A stretch of DNA of 63,364 bases, the filler included, from Choristocarpus tenellus KU-1152 (taxonomy: Eukaryota; Protista; Phaeophyceae), in assembly GCA_964200185.2 (NCBI GenBank). It is 8 parts of 8 records of this genome, joined end to end, with 100 filler letters (N's around TTAATTAATTAA, not from the genome) between each part and the next. Parts side by side here need not be neighbours in the genome. Positions count along the whole stretch, not along the records: positions 9,050 to 20,113 come from CAXNAD020002530.1; positions 20,214 to 42,551 come from CAXNAD020000288.1; 6 more parts are not named here. One strand, written 5' to 3'. Positions 13,771-26,539 of this stretch are shown here, piece by piece. Position 1 is the first letter of the stretch. The number at the start of each line of letters is the position of its first letter. A model generated the notes under the pieces. It worked only from the letters and a program-made list of their open reading frames with translations, searched no databases and was not told the DNA's origin. The position numbers were made by a program, and so were the translations under genes.

Positions 13771-15341
13771 AATGTTTTTGTCAACTAGAGCATGTCAGGT
13801 ATAGCCCAACACCGCATGAAAAAGGTCTGCCCACCCCCCACTTCCATGGCCAGCAGAATCTGACGGGGTATTATCTGTACTCTCTTTCTTCTGCTCAGCT
13901 CTCCGTAGCTCCTTGCAAAACATACGCATCAAGTCCATATCCTGTTGGAGCCAAAGTAAACAAGAGGTATCCAGTTTTGGACGGTTTGTATTCAATATAA
14001 AGTTCTCGATCTATTGCAATTCACTCATATTTCTATTGATGAAGCGCTAAGTTTGACTTGAGAGAGTTGATTTCTCTATTTTCGAACATTTTTTTTACAG
14101 TCCAGAAAATATCCTACACCCACTTGTAAAAATCCCGAATTTTGCACATATTTTACCAGCATACTTGAATGCAACTCTGGGTACCTCTCGTTTACTTTGA
14201 CTCTATTTCATCATATAGCTTTTTAAGGCCGCCCCCTCTGTTAGACTTCGAACTTTCCCTGCTAAAAGAAGAGATGACCGAGTGCACCGAAACATATTTG
14301 GAATTCAATATTGCAAGGCTTGCACTTTACAGTATTCACACAGCCTCTTCACAGAGTACACTACATCAATATTCAGTGCTGTGGTCCAGGATAGTGATGC
14401 ATGCTCAGAGAAGAGGTACAGATGTATTAACTCTGCATATATATATCTCATCCAAGTGTGTACAAACGTACCTCTCATATTACATGGCTTCAAGCCTATA
14501 CACAGACCGTTTGACCAGAACCAATCATTCATTTAAATTCAAGACCTTCACATTATGTCCTCTCTTCTACAATACTTCTTCCATTTCATACTGCTTTTAT
14601 CAATCTGACAACACCAAATTAAAGTGTCCAGTTTCCAGTATTGATTGGACAAGAAGAAGATGCTGCATTCGTTCCCTCCTAAAGCGATTGTTTGCGGTAC
14701 TTTTGTGTGGAGTCCCTTTCCTACTTGTTGTGTTGTTGTGTAGTGTATTTTGTTGAACGATACGGTTTCCCCTCATTCCAGAGTTTGAATAGAATATCTA
14801 AAATGGGTATGGCTATAGATTTGGACACAACTCCACCAACGCACTAACACAGTCCATGACAGCAAACTCTTTCAAATCCTACGTTCCATTGGAATTGTGC
14901 CCTCAGTCCAATCTTTTGGCTTTGACGGATTCCTGATTGTTTGGTCTTACACATCCGTGTATCACAAGAAGTGCAATCGATTCGAGGTTATTGATTGCTG
15001 CACTAGACTGTGTTCTATTTGAACAAATTGGGTATAATCCTAGGGTCTAACGATTGGCGTGAGGAGAAGTTGCCTTAGGACTTGCATGTGCTAGCCGTCT
15101 TGGGATAAGCGACGAGTTTGGTAATGGAACGTCATCTCAGAGATTGAGAACGGGAGTACATATCCACACATCGAAAAAACAGCTCATGGTGACTTTTGGA
15201 GATCGTAGGTACCAAGGAGTTTGGGCAGCAGGATACAATTAAACAACCGAGGAGGAAAAAGGTATCATCTTTTCAGCTGACGTCTTTGATTCTTATTTCT
15301 TTCTTTTGGGAGACAGCGATACCGATTGCATCAATGCGATA

Positions 15342-18300
15342 ATGTGGAAGGGAAAGCAAAGAGTGCTGCACATCGACATTCACATACTGGATGCCTTACT
15401 ACCGCTGAGACTGAACGTCTTCGATCCTCAAAACCCCCATGAACGTGCGGGTGGCATTCCACTCTATGTCACCGTAAAGATGAAACTACCACACTCGATT
15501 ACTCGGACTGCTTCAACGAGACCAGTGAATATTCGGTTCGGACTCTCCAGCGAATGTGGCGTCAAATACGGAGACAAGTTGCAACGGAATATCCTTCCAT
15601 TGAGTCTGGGTAGGGATAATCATACGAGGCACAAGCTCGTGGTGAGCAAATGCATGGACCAACCGAGTAAATCTTTGGACGCAAGCGTCACAAGCTTGCC
15701 TCAGAATGATGGCGATAGAGGTGGGACCTGTATCGCCAGCAACAGTGGGAGCTGGCAGCACGGGAAGGAACGTGGAGAAAGGGTTAAGGATCAGGTTCAG
15801 GATGCAGATAAAGATATATTTCGGAATGGCGACAACCATCATGGCACTGACCTCCAGGCCAATCTGCGGCACGTACTGTGGGATGAGCACATGGTTTTGG
15901 AGCTGCCTGCAGAGGATGTAACAATGGAGGAAAAAGAAGTACACTATCACAATGTTGGTGTTGGAGAAGAGTTGGAGGGGGCTCCACCACACATCATGCC
16001 TATAGTGGTGCAGGTACAGCTCAAGGACGCAAGAGGGAACGACCCCAGGAGGCGTGTCATTGCCTCTGTAGGGCCTATATCTCTGGTGGACCTGCTTGGA
16101 TCTGGAGTGGCACACCCATTTCAACGCCCTTCACTTGTACATACTCCTACTCCCATAACCATTGGAACAACAACAACCACTGCGACAGAGGGATGCATCC
16201 CTGAGCCTACAGTGTTATCTCTCAGAATTTTACCAGATGTAGAGATCGCTACTGCGTCTGTTGCTCCTTCAAAACTGGCTACTACTGCTGAAAGAGGGAC
16301 GAACAAGCAACTTTGTTCTGGTCCTTTGCAGACACCTCCGGTCCATCCTTCGTCGGAGGACAATCTTCCAACTACCATTAAAACTTCTTCCACAAACAGT
16401 CTCCCCTCTAGTGTTGAGCTTCAAATGGCAGTACTGGTGACACTCAAAGACAAGAGTGAATATAAAGAAGATGCCAATACTGTCTACCAAAGGAAGGCAC
16501 CTACACCAAGAATAATTCAAACCCAGAATGATTTCAATGAGTCAACGATCATGAGACTATTGAAATCAGGTGAAGACTATACATCTGACTTGACACTTGC
16601 ATCTCCCCTGCCTCTTAAAGGTATAGATACAGCAGGGGGGGAGAGGAGGAACGGTGAAAGAGAGAAGACAGCTCGCAAGTGGGGAGGATGTGAACATATG
16701 TGCTGGCACATTGGACAGGGGCTACGAATCATGAACATGCCCGCAGTCCTGAAGCTTTTTCACACTTGCTTGGAAGAAAAGAAGGGCAAGAAGGAACAGT
16801 GGCAGGTGAGGGCCAAAAATGGAAGGATGGATGTCCAGAATGAGGAAAACATTTCCAAATGTAGAGGTAACCATGTGCATGTTGAGTCAACAAACACACC
16901 CCTCTTTCCATCATGCCAAGATGAGCTAGTATTGTTAGCACAGAGGGCCTGCATATTGCTTGGGCTTCCCCTAAACGTAGCAAATCAAGTAAAGTGGTGT
17001 GACAATGCAACTCCAGAAATTTTGCGCATCATTGAGGATGTATCACAAGAAAAGTCCCCGGACACAGTTGGAGACGGACTTTGGTGTGATAATTGGAGAG
17101 GGGGGAGAGTAGATAAACTTTCCAAAGAAGAAGCAGAGAGACACGCTCAGGCAGTGAGACAAGAAGAGGTCCGGATGTTTGAGGTAGTTGAGTCAGGGAA
17201 TTCACACATTGCACTCTCAAATTTCATATTATGGCTACAGCAGCTCCCTGTCAACAATCTTGCTTGTGTCAACCTCTTGGCAAGTCCAAGATCTGCACTC
17301 AATTGGACGGCAGAAACTATGCGTTGCTCTAGTGATGACATTCAGGCCTTGGAAGAGACCTTTTGTAACAGCATTGGAAATGTGCCATTGAGGGCAAATG
17401 CTGGGAAGTGGAGCAGTGTTGAGAATGTGCCATTAAAGGAAAGTGTCAGGAGGATGGGGAAAGCAGTAAAGCAAAATGTGGTGAATGGAACGAGGAAAGG
17501 AGTCAGCAAGGGTAGATTTTGGGATTGGCCATGGCCAAACCTAGGGAGTACACGCAAGGAAACCTTGGCACAAAGGAGGTGTGATTCATGGAGCACTGAT
17601 TCTGATTCTTGGCAGCAGCATACCCGTATGCTCAAGCGAGATTTCAAGACCATTTTCAGAGGTTTGCTGGAATTGGAGACGGACTTGTTTCCCCCACCCA
17701 CAATGGCATGTACAGGTTGGTCTGGAGGAGAGGGTGATGATAATGGTAGGAATGGTGTCAAGAGCAAGGGTGGTGTCACATGGTTGGAGAGAAAATATCT
17801 AGACAAAGAAATCTCCAGTAATGACACATGTGACGCTGCCAGTGTTTGCTTGGAGGACAAGGGAAAGATTGATGAGATGACACACACATTTTGGAGATCA
17901 GGGGGGAAAGCAGGTGATGCCACTTTCAGCGTCAAGGAAATCCAGTCTCATCCCTTGCAAGACCAATGCCCCCCTGGGTCAGATTATGTTAGGACTATGT
18001 TTCTCCAGCAGACAGTGCAGAGGTTGGCCCTATCGGCAAATGACCTGAATGAAACCCTGAGGGAAGCTAGTGACAAAGTTCTCCATCACTTGAGTACAAC
18101 TGAGTGGAATATTTTTTGTGCGGTGTTCATGCCTCCCTTTGCAAGCAGCAGGTCAAACCTTGTTAGAAGAATTGGACTAACTCGAACATCAAACAGAGAT
18201 GGGGAAAGGGGTAGTCCAGGGGTCAAACGAGTCGATCCGAAGGAAGACTGGAGTTCCCCTCCTTCTGCGAGGCAGCTCTACAGTATTCTGCTTGAATTAC

Positions 18301-19340
18301 TAAATGAGCTCCAGACCTTTCGTGAACGAATTAAAACTGTGCAGATGCGTGTGAATGCATTACTGCCTGTGTCCTTGAAGGATACGCTTTCAGGGATAGG
18401 CGCAGAGTCTGCAATTGTTGACTCAACAGCGGAGGATACAAATCGCAGCTGGAAGTCAGTGGGAAATTCATGCTACTTAGAAGGGGTTGAACTGGTAGGT
18501 CGAAGTAGTCACTCCTTGCCTGGAGTCGGTGGCCTTGGATTGGTGCCATCAATGCCTAGGTCAGCGCTCGATCTCGTCAGGAGAATCAAGCAAGGCCAAG
18601 CAACACTCCTTAGGTGCAGCACTGGCACAACATCACCAGTCTGGCAACCAAGTGCAGAAAATGAGAATCCGTACGGTCAATTTCATTCACAGTCCACTCT
18701 TGTGGAGGTCCAGAGGGATGATAGGGACTTTGTAGATGTCAGCAAGGAAACCTGTGGCAGCTATGGGCACAGGGAAAATCAAGACGAGGGTATGGCAGTA
18801 CTATATGTACCTGGACACACAATGGGAGCAGTGGCTACATCACCGTTTGATCATTCAGAGGAACCAAGATTGCCAACAGTAGGGTCACCCATGGAGGTGG
18901 GGAACAACATGTATCCTCCTCTTTCCTTGCCAACAGTTGAGGCACTACTGGATAGGGAATGGAAAATGGCATGGGATGTGAGATTGGGGACACCCCAGCC
19001 CCAGTCGTCAGTTGTCAAGAAGCAGGTAGCTGGGAGGCTGCAACAGCTGCATACAGCCTTTGAACTGAACAAGATCTCTATGCTTCCATCTGTGGAAAAA
19101 TTCATAGTGCAGCACGTCCATGGTGGGTTGCCCATAGAGGGGACGTGGGATGAGGATAAGAGAGAGGTACAGTGGGAAACAGGAAACAGGTGTTATAAGA
19201 GAGAGCTGATCAAATCAAGCATTGAAAATGGAAGCAAAGTTGATGGTGGTATTGACATGACTCGATCCCATTTACATCACTTTTACACTCCCAATATGCT
19301 GAAGAGCACAGCAGCAACGAGCTGTCCAATAGACAGGTGA
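15342..19340 (+). CDS. Uncharacterised protein of about 1330 aa in one uninterrupted ORF; possible interrupted C2-like N-terminal domain
   Basis: 4-kb stop-free frame, first in-frame ATG at 15342. Beta-strand-like segments VLHIDIHILDA, LYVTVKM, VLWDEHMVLEL, IVVQVQLKD and VIASVGPISLVDLL are separated by polar inserts; the C-terminal half looks helical. No TE motifs seen. Confidence 0.8.
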   Translation: MWKGKQRVLHIDIHILDALLPLRLNVFDPQNPHERAGGIPLYVTVKMKLPHSITRTASTRPVNIRFGLSSECGVKYGDKLQRNILPLSLGRDNHTRHKLVVSKCMDQPSKSLDASVTSLPQNDGDRGGTCIASNSGSWQHGKERGERVKDQVQDADKDIFRNGDNHHGTDLQANLRHVLWDEHMVLELPAEDVTMEEKEVHYHNVGVGEELEGAPPHIMPIVVQVQLKDARGNDPRRRVIASVGPISLVDLLGSGVAHPFQRPSLVHTPTPITIGTTTTTATEGCIPEPTVLSLRILPDVEIATASVAPSKLATTAERGTNKQLCSGPLQTPPVHPSSEDNLPTTIKTSSTNSLPSSVELQMAVLVTLKDKSEYKEDANTVYQRKAPTPRIIQTQNDFNESTIMRLLKSGEDYTSDLTLASPLPLKGIDTAGGERRNGEREKTARKWGGCEHMCWHIGQGLRIMNMPAVLKLFHTCLEEKKGKKEQWQVRAKNGRMDVQNEENISKCRGNHVHVESTNTPLFPSCQDELVLLAQRACILLGLPLNVANQVKWCDNATPEILRIIEDVSQEKSPDTVGDGLWCDNWRGGRVDKLSKEEAERHAQAVRQEEVRMFEVVESGNSHIALSNFILWLQQLPVNNLACVNLLASPRSALNWTAETMRCSSDDIQALEETFCNSIGNVPLRANAGKWSSVENVPLKESVRRMGKAVKQNVVNGTRKGVSKGRFWDWPWPNLGSTRKETLAQRRCDSWSTDSDSWQQHTRMLKRDFKTIFRGLLELETDLFPPPTMACTGWSGGEGDDNGRNGVKSKGGVTWLERKYLDKEISSNDTCDAASVCLEDKGKIDEMTHTFWRSGGKAGDATFSVKEIQSHPLQDQCPPGSDYVRTMFLQQTVQRLALSANDLNETLREASDKVLHHLSTTEWNIFCAVFMPPFASSRSNLVRRIGLTRTSNRDGERGSPGVKRVDPKEDWSSPPSARQLYSILLELLNELQTFRERIKTVQMRVNALLPVSLKDTLSGIGAESAIVDSTAEDTNRSWKSVGNSCYLEGVELVGRSSHSLPGVGGLGLVPSMPRSALDLVRRIKQGQATLLRCSTGTTSPVWQPSAENENPYGQFHSQSTLVEVQRDDRDFVDVSKETCGSYGHRENQDEGMAVLYVPGHTMGAVATSPFDHSEEPRLPTVGSPMEVGNNMYPPLSLPTVEALLDREWKMAWDVRLGTPQPQSSVVKKQVAGRLQQLHTAFELNKISMLPSVEKFIVQHVHGGLPIEGTWDEDKREVQWETGNRCYKRELIKSSIENGSKVDGGIDMTRSHLHHFYTPNMLKSTAATSCPIDR

Positions 19341-19658
19341 GGATAGGGCAAACTTGAGAGAGCACGATAAAACACTGCATTGTCTGCTATTCATCAAGTT
19401 TATTGCTCTTCACTAAGACATTACCTCTAGCAGGAGATATAGGCCCTAGTACCAGGTACTACTCTGGAGTACAAATTGCATATATATATAGTATACTTTT
19501 TCTTGATTGTGACTCTCTCAAATGCAACATTTCTTGCCTCGCTCCCAATGAAGAATGGTTAAGTGGTGTTTGGTCAAGGAGGCAGCATAGAGACGTGACA
19601 CTGCATAACTTGATACTACTTTCGGATTACACAAGTTGTCTCTCTTACTGGGCATTTG

Positions 19659-19918
19659 GAGTGAAAGTATCTTAGAGGGTACGAGTTTTGCCCTATTTTT
19701 CCATTTGGGGCTTGGCTCCCCGCGCGTTTTTAAATGATATTCTCCTACTCCAAAATGTTTTGGAGTAAGTAAAATGTATACACTATGAAAAGATGTGTCC
19801 GGAACAAGGATACTGACACTTCCTAACAAGCACGATAGCCAAGCATTACATCAAAATCGCAACATTGGATTTTGGCCCCCAAATGGATGCGGATGTACAC
19901 CCTAAGATACTTTGGCTC
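19659..19918 (+). mobile_element. MITE family A (about 260 bp), full copy
   Basis: Terminal inverted repeats (TIRs) GAGTGAAAGTATCTTAGAGGGTAC / GTACACCCTAAGATACTTTGGCTC; 4-bp TSD TTTG; internal palindrome TACTCCAAAATGTTTTGGAGTA. Confidence 0.9.
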
Positions 19919-21038
19919 TTTGCTTGCATAGAGACGTGCAAATGTTCATATATCACTAGAGGAAAAAACGTGCAGCAAACCATTTCTATGTTGAATGAGT
20001 TATCAAAGTAGTGAGAGACTAGCCCAATATTGATAAAATATCTGTTTGCGTATGTTTTTCATCCTCGAGTCTATCCTTCAGCCAAGCCAAGACCCAAAGT
20101 ATCTGGGAGGGGGNNNNNNNNNNNNNNNNNNNNNNNNNNNNNNNNNNNNNNNNNNNNTTAATTAATTAANNNNNNNNNNNNNNNNNNNNNNNNNNNNNNN
20201 NNNNNNNNNNNNNGCCACGCTTAGGTTTTTATGCATGGCACATGCGGGGGGGGGGGGGGGGGACATGTTCATATGTATTGATACTAGTTAAAAACAAAAG
20301 GGGAATGGTGTGTAACCATGACAATTTAAAACGCGAAAGCAACCTTCTGTTGTCCAGATAGCTAGAAGTATCTCACCCTTGTCTTCAAGACGTCGAAGGG
20401 GGTTGTCAACCCACTGGCACAAGCCCCTGCCAAAGCCCCTGCCAGCAGATACTTGGGAGAGTTTGACACTAGGGTGGCTGGCCCAAGCAACCTGATTGGA
20501 CAGACACAAGATGAGGTCGTGTATGAGATCTGAATACTTAACCCAACCTCATCGAGATTGGGGGGACCTCAAGGGGTGACGGCATAACATGTTATGAAAA
20601 TGGTGGACTGTTTTGTTCTCTTGTTTATAACTCAAATCCAATCCAAACCCAGAATTAGGACAAGCTCATGACTGGAATTTTTGTCCAGGATACTTTTTTT
20701 GGTGCCCTATGCCACCATACAAAATGTACCACATAGATACGCTGTGTCGTGGTATACCTTCTATGTCGCTCAATTCTCACCCATGATAACATCCGCACTA
20801 TCACTACCAAAAAGTACTACACTGTGCCATAGCATCTTGACAGAGCTAGTAGTAGTCAAGTGGATACAATTTTGCAAACACATACGCAACAGTCGCAGTG
20901 ACCCTAAAACAGACCCTCTCCACCTCACAAGTACGTGCATCAAAATGACCAGTTTGTTCACATCAAACTAAAAAGAAGCAGTACTGTCAGAAAGCAGAAG
21001 ACTGCACCTCACCCACTTCCCAACACCTTTGCACTCAC

Positions 21039-24000
21039 AGCTTCAGCTCCTCGTATAGAGAAAAGCGGATAACTGCACTGGGAACATTCCTTGAAAGCGT
21101 AGCCCAGTAGCCTCGGTATAACCCACAGAGGCCTTCCTTCCGGAGAGTCTCCCTCACGAGCGATACCGCCCCCACACTGATCCCATCCATACCTTGGGAG
21201 GCCTGCTCCATTCCACAACAACGTAGCAAATGCGAGTGATGTATAAAAAGGAGGGGATGTGGACGTCGCAGATTGAATGCACCCTTGTGGTTCAATGTGA
21301 GCAACGCTCAATTCTTCTTGTGTAAATTTGAAAATGGCACTTTTCAAATTTATCTCACCCTTCCTCCCAACTTTAGGACTATTTCTGTTGGCGTCACTAC
21401 TACAGAGTAGTACACAACGCAGCTTACAGTGTCATAACTACAGTGAGCCATTATTACTCGTTGGGGTTAGTGTTGATTGAGCAATGTTTTGTAGTTATGA
21501 TGTCATGATATCGCCCTGTTCATTGTTTCATATTCCTGGGGGGTGCTGTTGCAGATGAGTGAAACAAAGTATGGAGTCATCTTTTTCCTCCAGTAGCATG
21601 GTCGGGACACTGCCACAGCTGGGGATGGTAAGTTTTCTCAAGCATGATGGAGTGAAGGGGGAGGGCAACATGATCAAAGCATACATATTGAAAGTTCTCT
21701 GACAAGTCCACTAGATCGCCAACACCTAGAAGACAGTATCAAACAGAGAGAGGCTCATCTTACTATCCATCTAGACTACACAGTTTATCTGGGACCAACT
21801 ATTTCCATAAGAAGTGCAACTACAGAGTTAATACTACTCAAAACACAGTGCATACTTCACCACGGTAAGGGTTTGGCACAGCAGTCCCCATCTAAGAGTC
21901 TCACACAGCGTTACACTAGTTGAGTTGTTGGTCCATTAGAGTACAGGGGTCCACAAACCTCGCTAGAACAGTGTACAGCAAGAAACAGTCAATTCCTATC
22001 ACTCTTACACCAATCAGTTGTCACTAATTCCTCAGCAGTTTATGCTATCAATATGGATACTACCGGAAACAAATCGTTCATCATAGAAGTAGGGATGGAC
22101 ACATTTTTATCACCCTTCTAAATAAACGTTTGACAATGCTGCTCAAACTTGCAGGTTTAAAATGCTGCCAAAGGTGCACACCTCGGAAAACATAACACTC
22201 ACCTACCACCCCTTAATGTTTTGGCATCCTATTACATAGTACACAGTTAGGCAGTGTCTCAACAATGGTGGTACAGACCAAGTTGGCTCAAATGCTTGCC
22301 AAACAAGAAATGTTACATATATAAACAAATGTCCATCAAGAGTCGCCCAGGTCAATCAACCTTACAGAGCAAATGGACCTGTGCATTAAATGGACAACTA
22401 ACATCACAAGCAAGAACATCAGATGTATCTATGTAAAATAAACATACTCCTTTCTGCATTAATTCTCTTTCTTCTGCTCTGATTTTTTTTCTTCCATCTC
22501 TCACTTCCTCCACCCAAAAAATTAAAAGGACAAATGTGTGAAAGAATAATAACACAGAATAATAACACAGGAGTGGGCCGATTAACTGAATAATAAGTGA
22601 GAAAACAGAACCAAGCGCTGTTCAACATCTACTAATAATGCAGCGCTCAATCCCTCCCCAATTGCCCAATTCCTTCCGTTGCCTTTATCCATGACAAGCG
22701 GCTGCCATATCATACAGCTCTTGTTGCCCTCTCACATCAGACTCCTCAGAAGATTCCATAGATATGTACCTTAGAATCAACCTTTCTAACCTCAACTAAG
22801 GCTCTGACCAAGATTGACAAATTACTTCAAACCAGTGCATTTAGAAGCAATTACCTCTTCTAATATTCATACCACAGTTTTTAATAAGGTACAACATGTT
22901 CTCGCAATTAATCAATGCCAAAAATAACAACAATCACAACATGTGAATGATACTGTTACCTCCCCATCCAAACCTATCACATCTAACAAAAGTCACACGC
23001 ACCTGTAGGGTCTGCTTCACAAACTCCTTGGGTACAAACACCAGACTGCTTGCTGCATTTCCACAAGCCGCTGACACAACATGCACAGCTGCCCTAGCTC
23101 CCAAAGGCAAGACCGCTCTACCATGTCCTCCCACTGCTGATTCCTCTCCTGCCCCTGTCTCCTTCTGAACCCTTCTCCCCCCCACCTCCCCCAGGCCTCC
23201 CCTCTCCGTCCTGTCAGTTTCTGACCTGCTGACTGCTTGCTGTGCCCTGGCAGCAACCAAGTGCATTAGTCGTGTCTTGACAGCCTCGTATGTCCCAAAG
23301 TATAGGGCACTTGAGGGCATAGCACCCAACACAGCTGTTGGGAGACCGGTATAAACAGACTTGGGCCCATGGGTGCTGCCAAGGGTGGGGAGGGGGGGTA
23401 ACTATAGAGCATTAGATGGTGGGAAGCATGACATGGTAACTTACCAATGGGATTATCGTATGTTAGATGCGGGGAAATGTATGGTTGGAGGGGTTATACA
23501 GTAACATTGTCTTGTATAGCCCGTATGATATGGTATGCCCTATGGTGGAAGCAGCAGGGGGCTGCCCATTACAGTAGAGGTGAAACAAAAGTCATTGGTA
23601 CAACCTTATGTGATTGAGAGGCAAGGCTGACCCAAACCCAGATTGTCCTAAAATCTCCAATAGTGGAGGACAGGAAGGCTGTGTAGAAAGCAAACATTGA
23701 CAGGGACCATGTGGGTTTTAAGAGATTGCACAGGAGCAGGTGATAGAACGCATACAAACATATATTTGTTCTGATGGAAGAGTTTTACCGCGCACTCTTG
23801 CATTACTTTCTATTACACACCAAAAATCAAGCATCAAAATTCCCAATCACTGAGCACTCACTAAAGTAAACGCCGTGCTTGAGTCTCTCTCCATCTTCAA
23901 ATATACAAATAGCCAACAAAACACTCAAGCCGCCAGAAATATCTCAGAAATATCTCAGAAATATCTCAGAAATATCTCAGGAGGACGCGATCACAAAACA

Positions 24001-26354
24001 ATTCACTTAACAAAACAATTCCCCCTCTGGAACCAAGACACACACCGACCCTAACCCTTGTGCCAACTCTCCTCCCGAGAAAACCTATTGCAACATGGCC
24101 GTTCCTGATAACAGCCCCACAAGATCAAAATATACAGCGGTCGACTCGAACGCACTAAATAGCAAAATACAGATCGCATACACCTATACATATGTATGCA
24201 CGCATCACAGCCCTCACAGTCCCACAGTGTCCTTTCTTCCTCACCGAAAGATGTGTGTCACTGCATCCAGCGTTCCTTTGAACTTGTGAGGGTTGGACTG
24301 GCGGAGTGTCTTGGCGGTGTCAAGGGGGAAAAGTGCCACTGGACAAATCATTTGTTCACATACACAAGCAAGCACACAATATTTCGGCGTTGAGGTAGGA
24401 GGAAGGAGGGGCAGACACAGGGAACAGGTTTGGAGACTGCTGGGGGCTGAGGCACAAAGAGCACTCAACGATGCTGTACAAGAAGGGACACATTGTAGTA
24501 GTTATGTAGCTGTGATCTGGCTGAGAGAGGAAAGATACAAGAGAAAAACCAGAACAAGGAGTCTGGCCAGGTGTATGCATGCATGTGTGGAAAGGGGTGC
24601 CCACACTATAAGCAGCATGTTGGCAGTTATCATTTTCTGTGTAAACCAAATGGTAAGGAATAACATGCACCTCTCCAATTTATGTAACTAGTGTTATATG
24701 TATAAATAAAAACAGCAGGTTTGGAGACCAAAAACGTGTCACAGGGAAACGAGCAAACTTGGTTGTTTCTAACAATAAATCATAAGCACAAACATAATGT
24801 GGATCTGATGCATAGGTGCTGACAGCAGAGCAGTAAGCCTGAAGTCTTCTACTGCTGTGTAAACCTTCAAGCCTACCACCATATTAATGACTTGATAAAC
24901 CTGCTACTATGAGCAACATATCACTCTTCCCTAATCCAACCACTCAAAGCAGACCACTCCAGCCATCTTACCAAGGGCATCAATCATGTGCCCCAACTGG
25001 CATCAGTTTATTGCATTTCATAAAACTTGTCTCAACAATTAAGCATCTCTCACTACCTTTTCCCACAACCTACAAACTCTACCTCACACCCAATACATGC
25101 ATCAAACCTCTTTATGACGGTCTCTGATATGATACAGATAACGTCCACTGTCCGTGTTTACTGTGTTACCTCTATCTTACATCAAAACATTCCTTGGCAG
25201 CCTTGCAACACAGATGCCCAAGGGGAAGGAAAAAGGTTCCAGTAATCCTTCCACTTTTTCTTCAAGGCACATTACAAAATCTACGCTTCTTTGGGAATCA
25301 AAAGAAACAAGGAGCATAACCATCACCCACACTTCAGCCCCCTCACCTTTGGTGTGCTGCTCAGGTACAAGATAAAGGTTTTTTACGAGAAGCGTATGAA
25401 TTAGACCTCCAGTATTTAGGCAGGGGATAGATCAATAATGGAATGACCGACTATACGTTTGTCATACATACCACATACGCAAGAATTACGACCATGTGAT
25501 TGAACAAAACACCAGTACATACACCTATCATTGGGACAGTCATGGAATGGTCTCTGCCCGCATCACACAGAGTGGATTCTCATTCCCAGTCCCACGGCGG
25601 AAAATTCTCCTCCCTCTCCCTTGCTATGTCAAAACGCTTAATCTTCATTTGCATTGCATGTTCGGTCGGTTGTGGAAATTCCTCAACCTGTCGCCACTGC
25701 TCCTGCCAGAGCTCCTGCCAGCGCCATCTTGACATCCCTGAAGATGTTCTCACCATCGCTGTCTTTATTCTGCAGTACCATGTGTACCGGGACAGAACAG
25801 AAACTGGAAGTTGAAGGGTAAGCGAGTAGTATTTTCTTGCGAGGATGGGGTAGGGTTGAGAGGGACAGGCACACGAAGAACCTTTGTCTCTGCTCTTGGG
25901 ACGGGAGAAGCAAAAACTGCATTGCTGGAGGATAAGAATTTCTGAACCAAGAGACTTTCCTGTAACTTTGGTGTCGATCTTGAGAGTGCTCACTTTCGTC
26001 ACTGTGAATACGCCCCAAAAGGAGTCTTGTACAACGTTGCCTTCAACAGAGGAGCTGGCAAGACGTGCTAAGGTCTGTCAGGCTCACCTTTGGCGACGAA
26101 GTTAATGCAACAAGCGCCTTTCGAGTACTCCGCTTCCCTTGTAATCCTCTGGAGTTCAACCTTGTGCAAATATCACGCACGCATCCGCCCACCTCAAGTC
26201 GAGCGTACCCTTCCAACCTATCCGCGAAAGTTGGGACGGTTGTTGCCAGGATTACAAGAGGAATGGCAAACCACGACCGCCAATACCTTGTATGCACTCG
26301 GGTAGAGTGCATGGACACGCTTGAGTCTCCTGTAGACCCATGGTGTCCGCCCAT
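21039..26354 (-). CDS. Mitochondrial carrier family (SLC25) protein, S-adenosylmethionine-carrier-like; third repeat and 3' end not found in the window
   Basis: Phase-consistent exons 26354-26088, 25769-25688, 24337-24245, 23375-23003, 21202-21039. Motifs ALAGALAGAVATVALFPLDTAKT (PxDxxK), VYTGLPTAVLGAMPSSALYFGTYE, VFVPKEFVKQTLQ and GLYRGYWATLSRNVPSAVIRFSLYEELK are typical of the SAM-carrier subfamily. Exon 1 is less certain. Confidence 0.88.
23934..23980. repeat. Intronic tandem repeat, 11-bp unit CAGAAATATCT x4
   Basis: Read directly from the sequence. Confidence 0.9.
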
Positions 26355-26539
26355 TGATTTGAGCTGTATTGTCTAGGCGTTGTTTCAAGGGTTGTGGTAT
26401 TTGGATTCCAAATCCTGTTTAATGATGAACATACTATATACTATAATACTATTATTCTATGCCACCAATGTTCGGAAATGTAGTACTGATTTGGACATTT
26501 TTTGGTGCATATCACATTAGAGCGTTTGCGCAAAATGAA

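Noticed and set aside
14169-14756. 195-aa ORF as a gene
   Set aside because: AT-rich, no recognisable motif, and composition consistent with a chance frame; the same applies to most short ORFs in the track.
26041-26087. 47-nt mini-intron joining the carrier ORF-track segments
   Set aside because: It shifts frame into a stop codon; the acceptor at 25770 is in phase.
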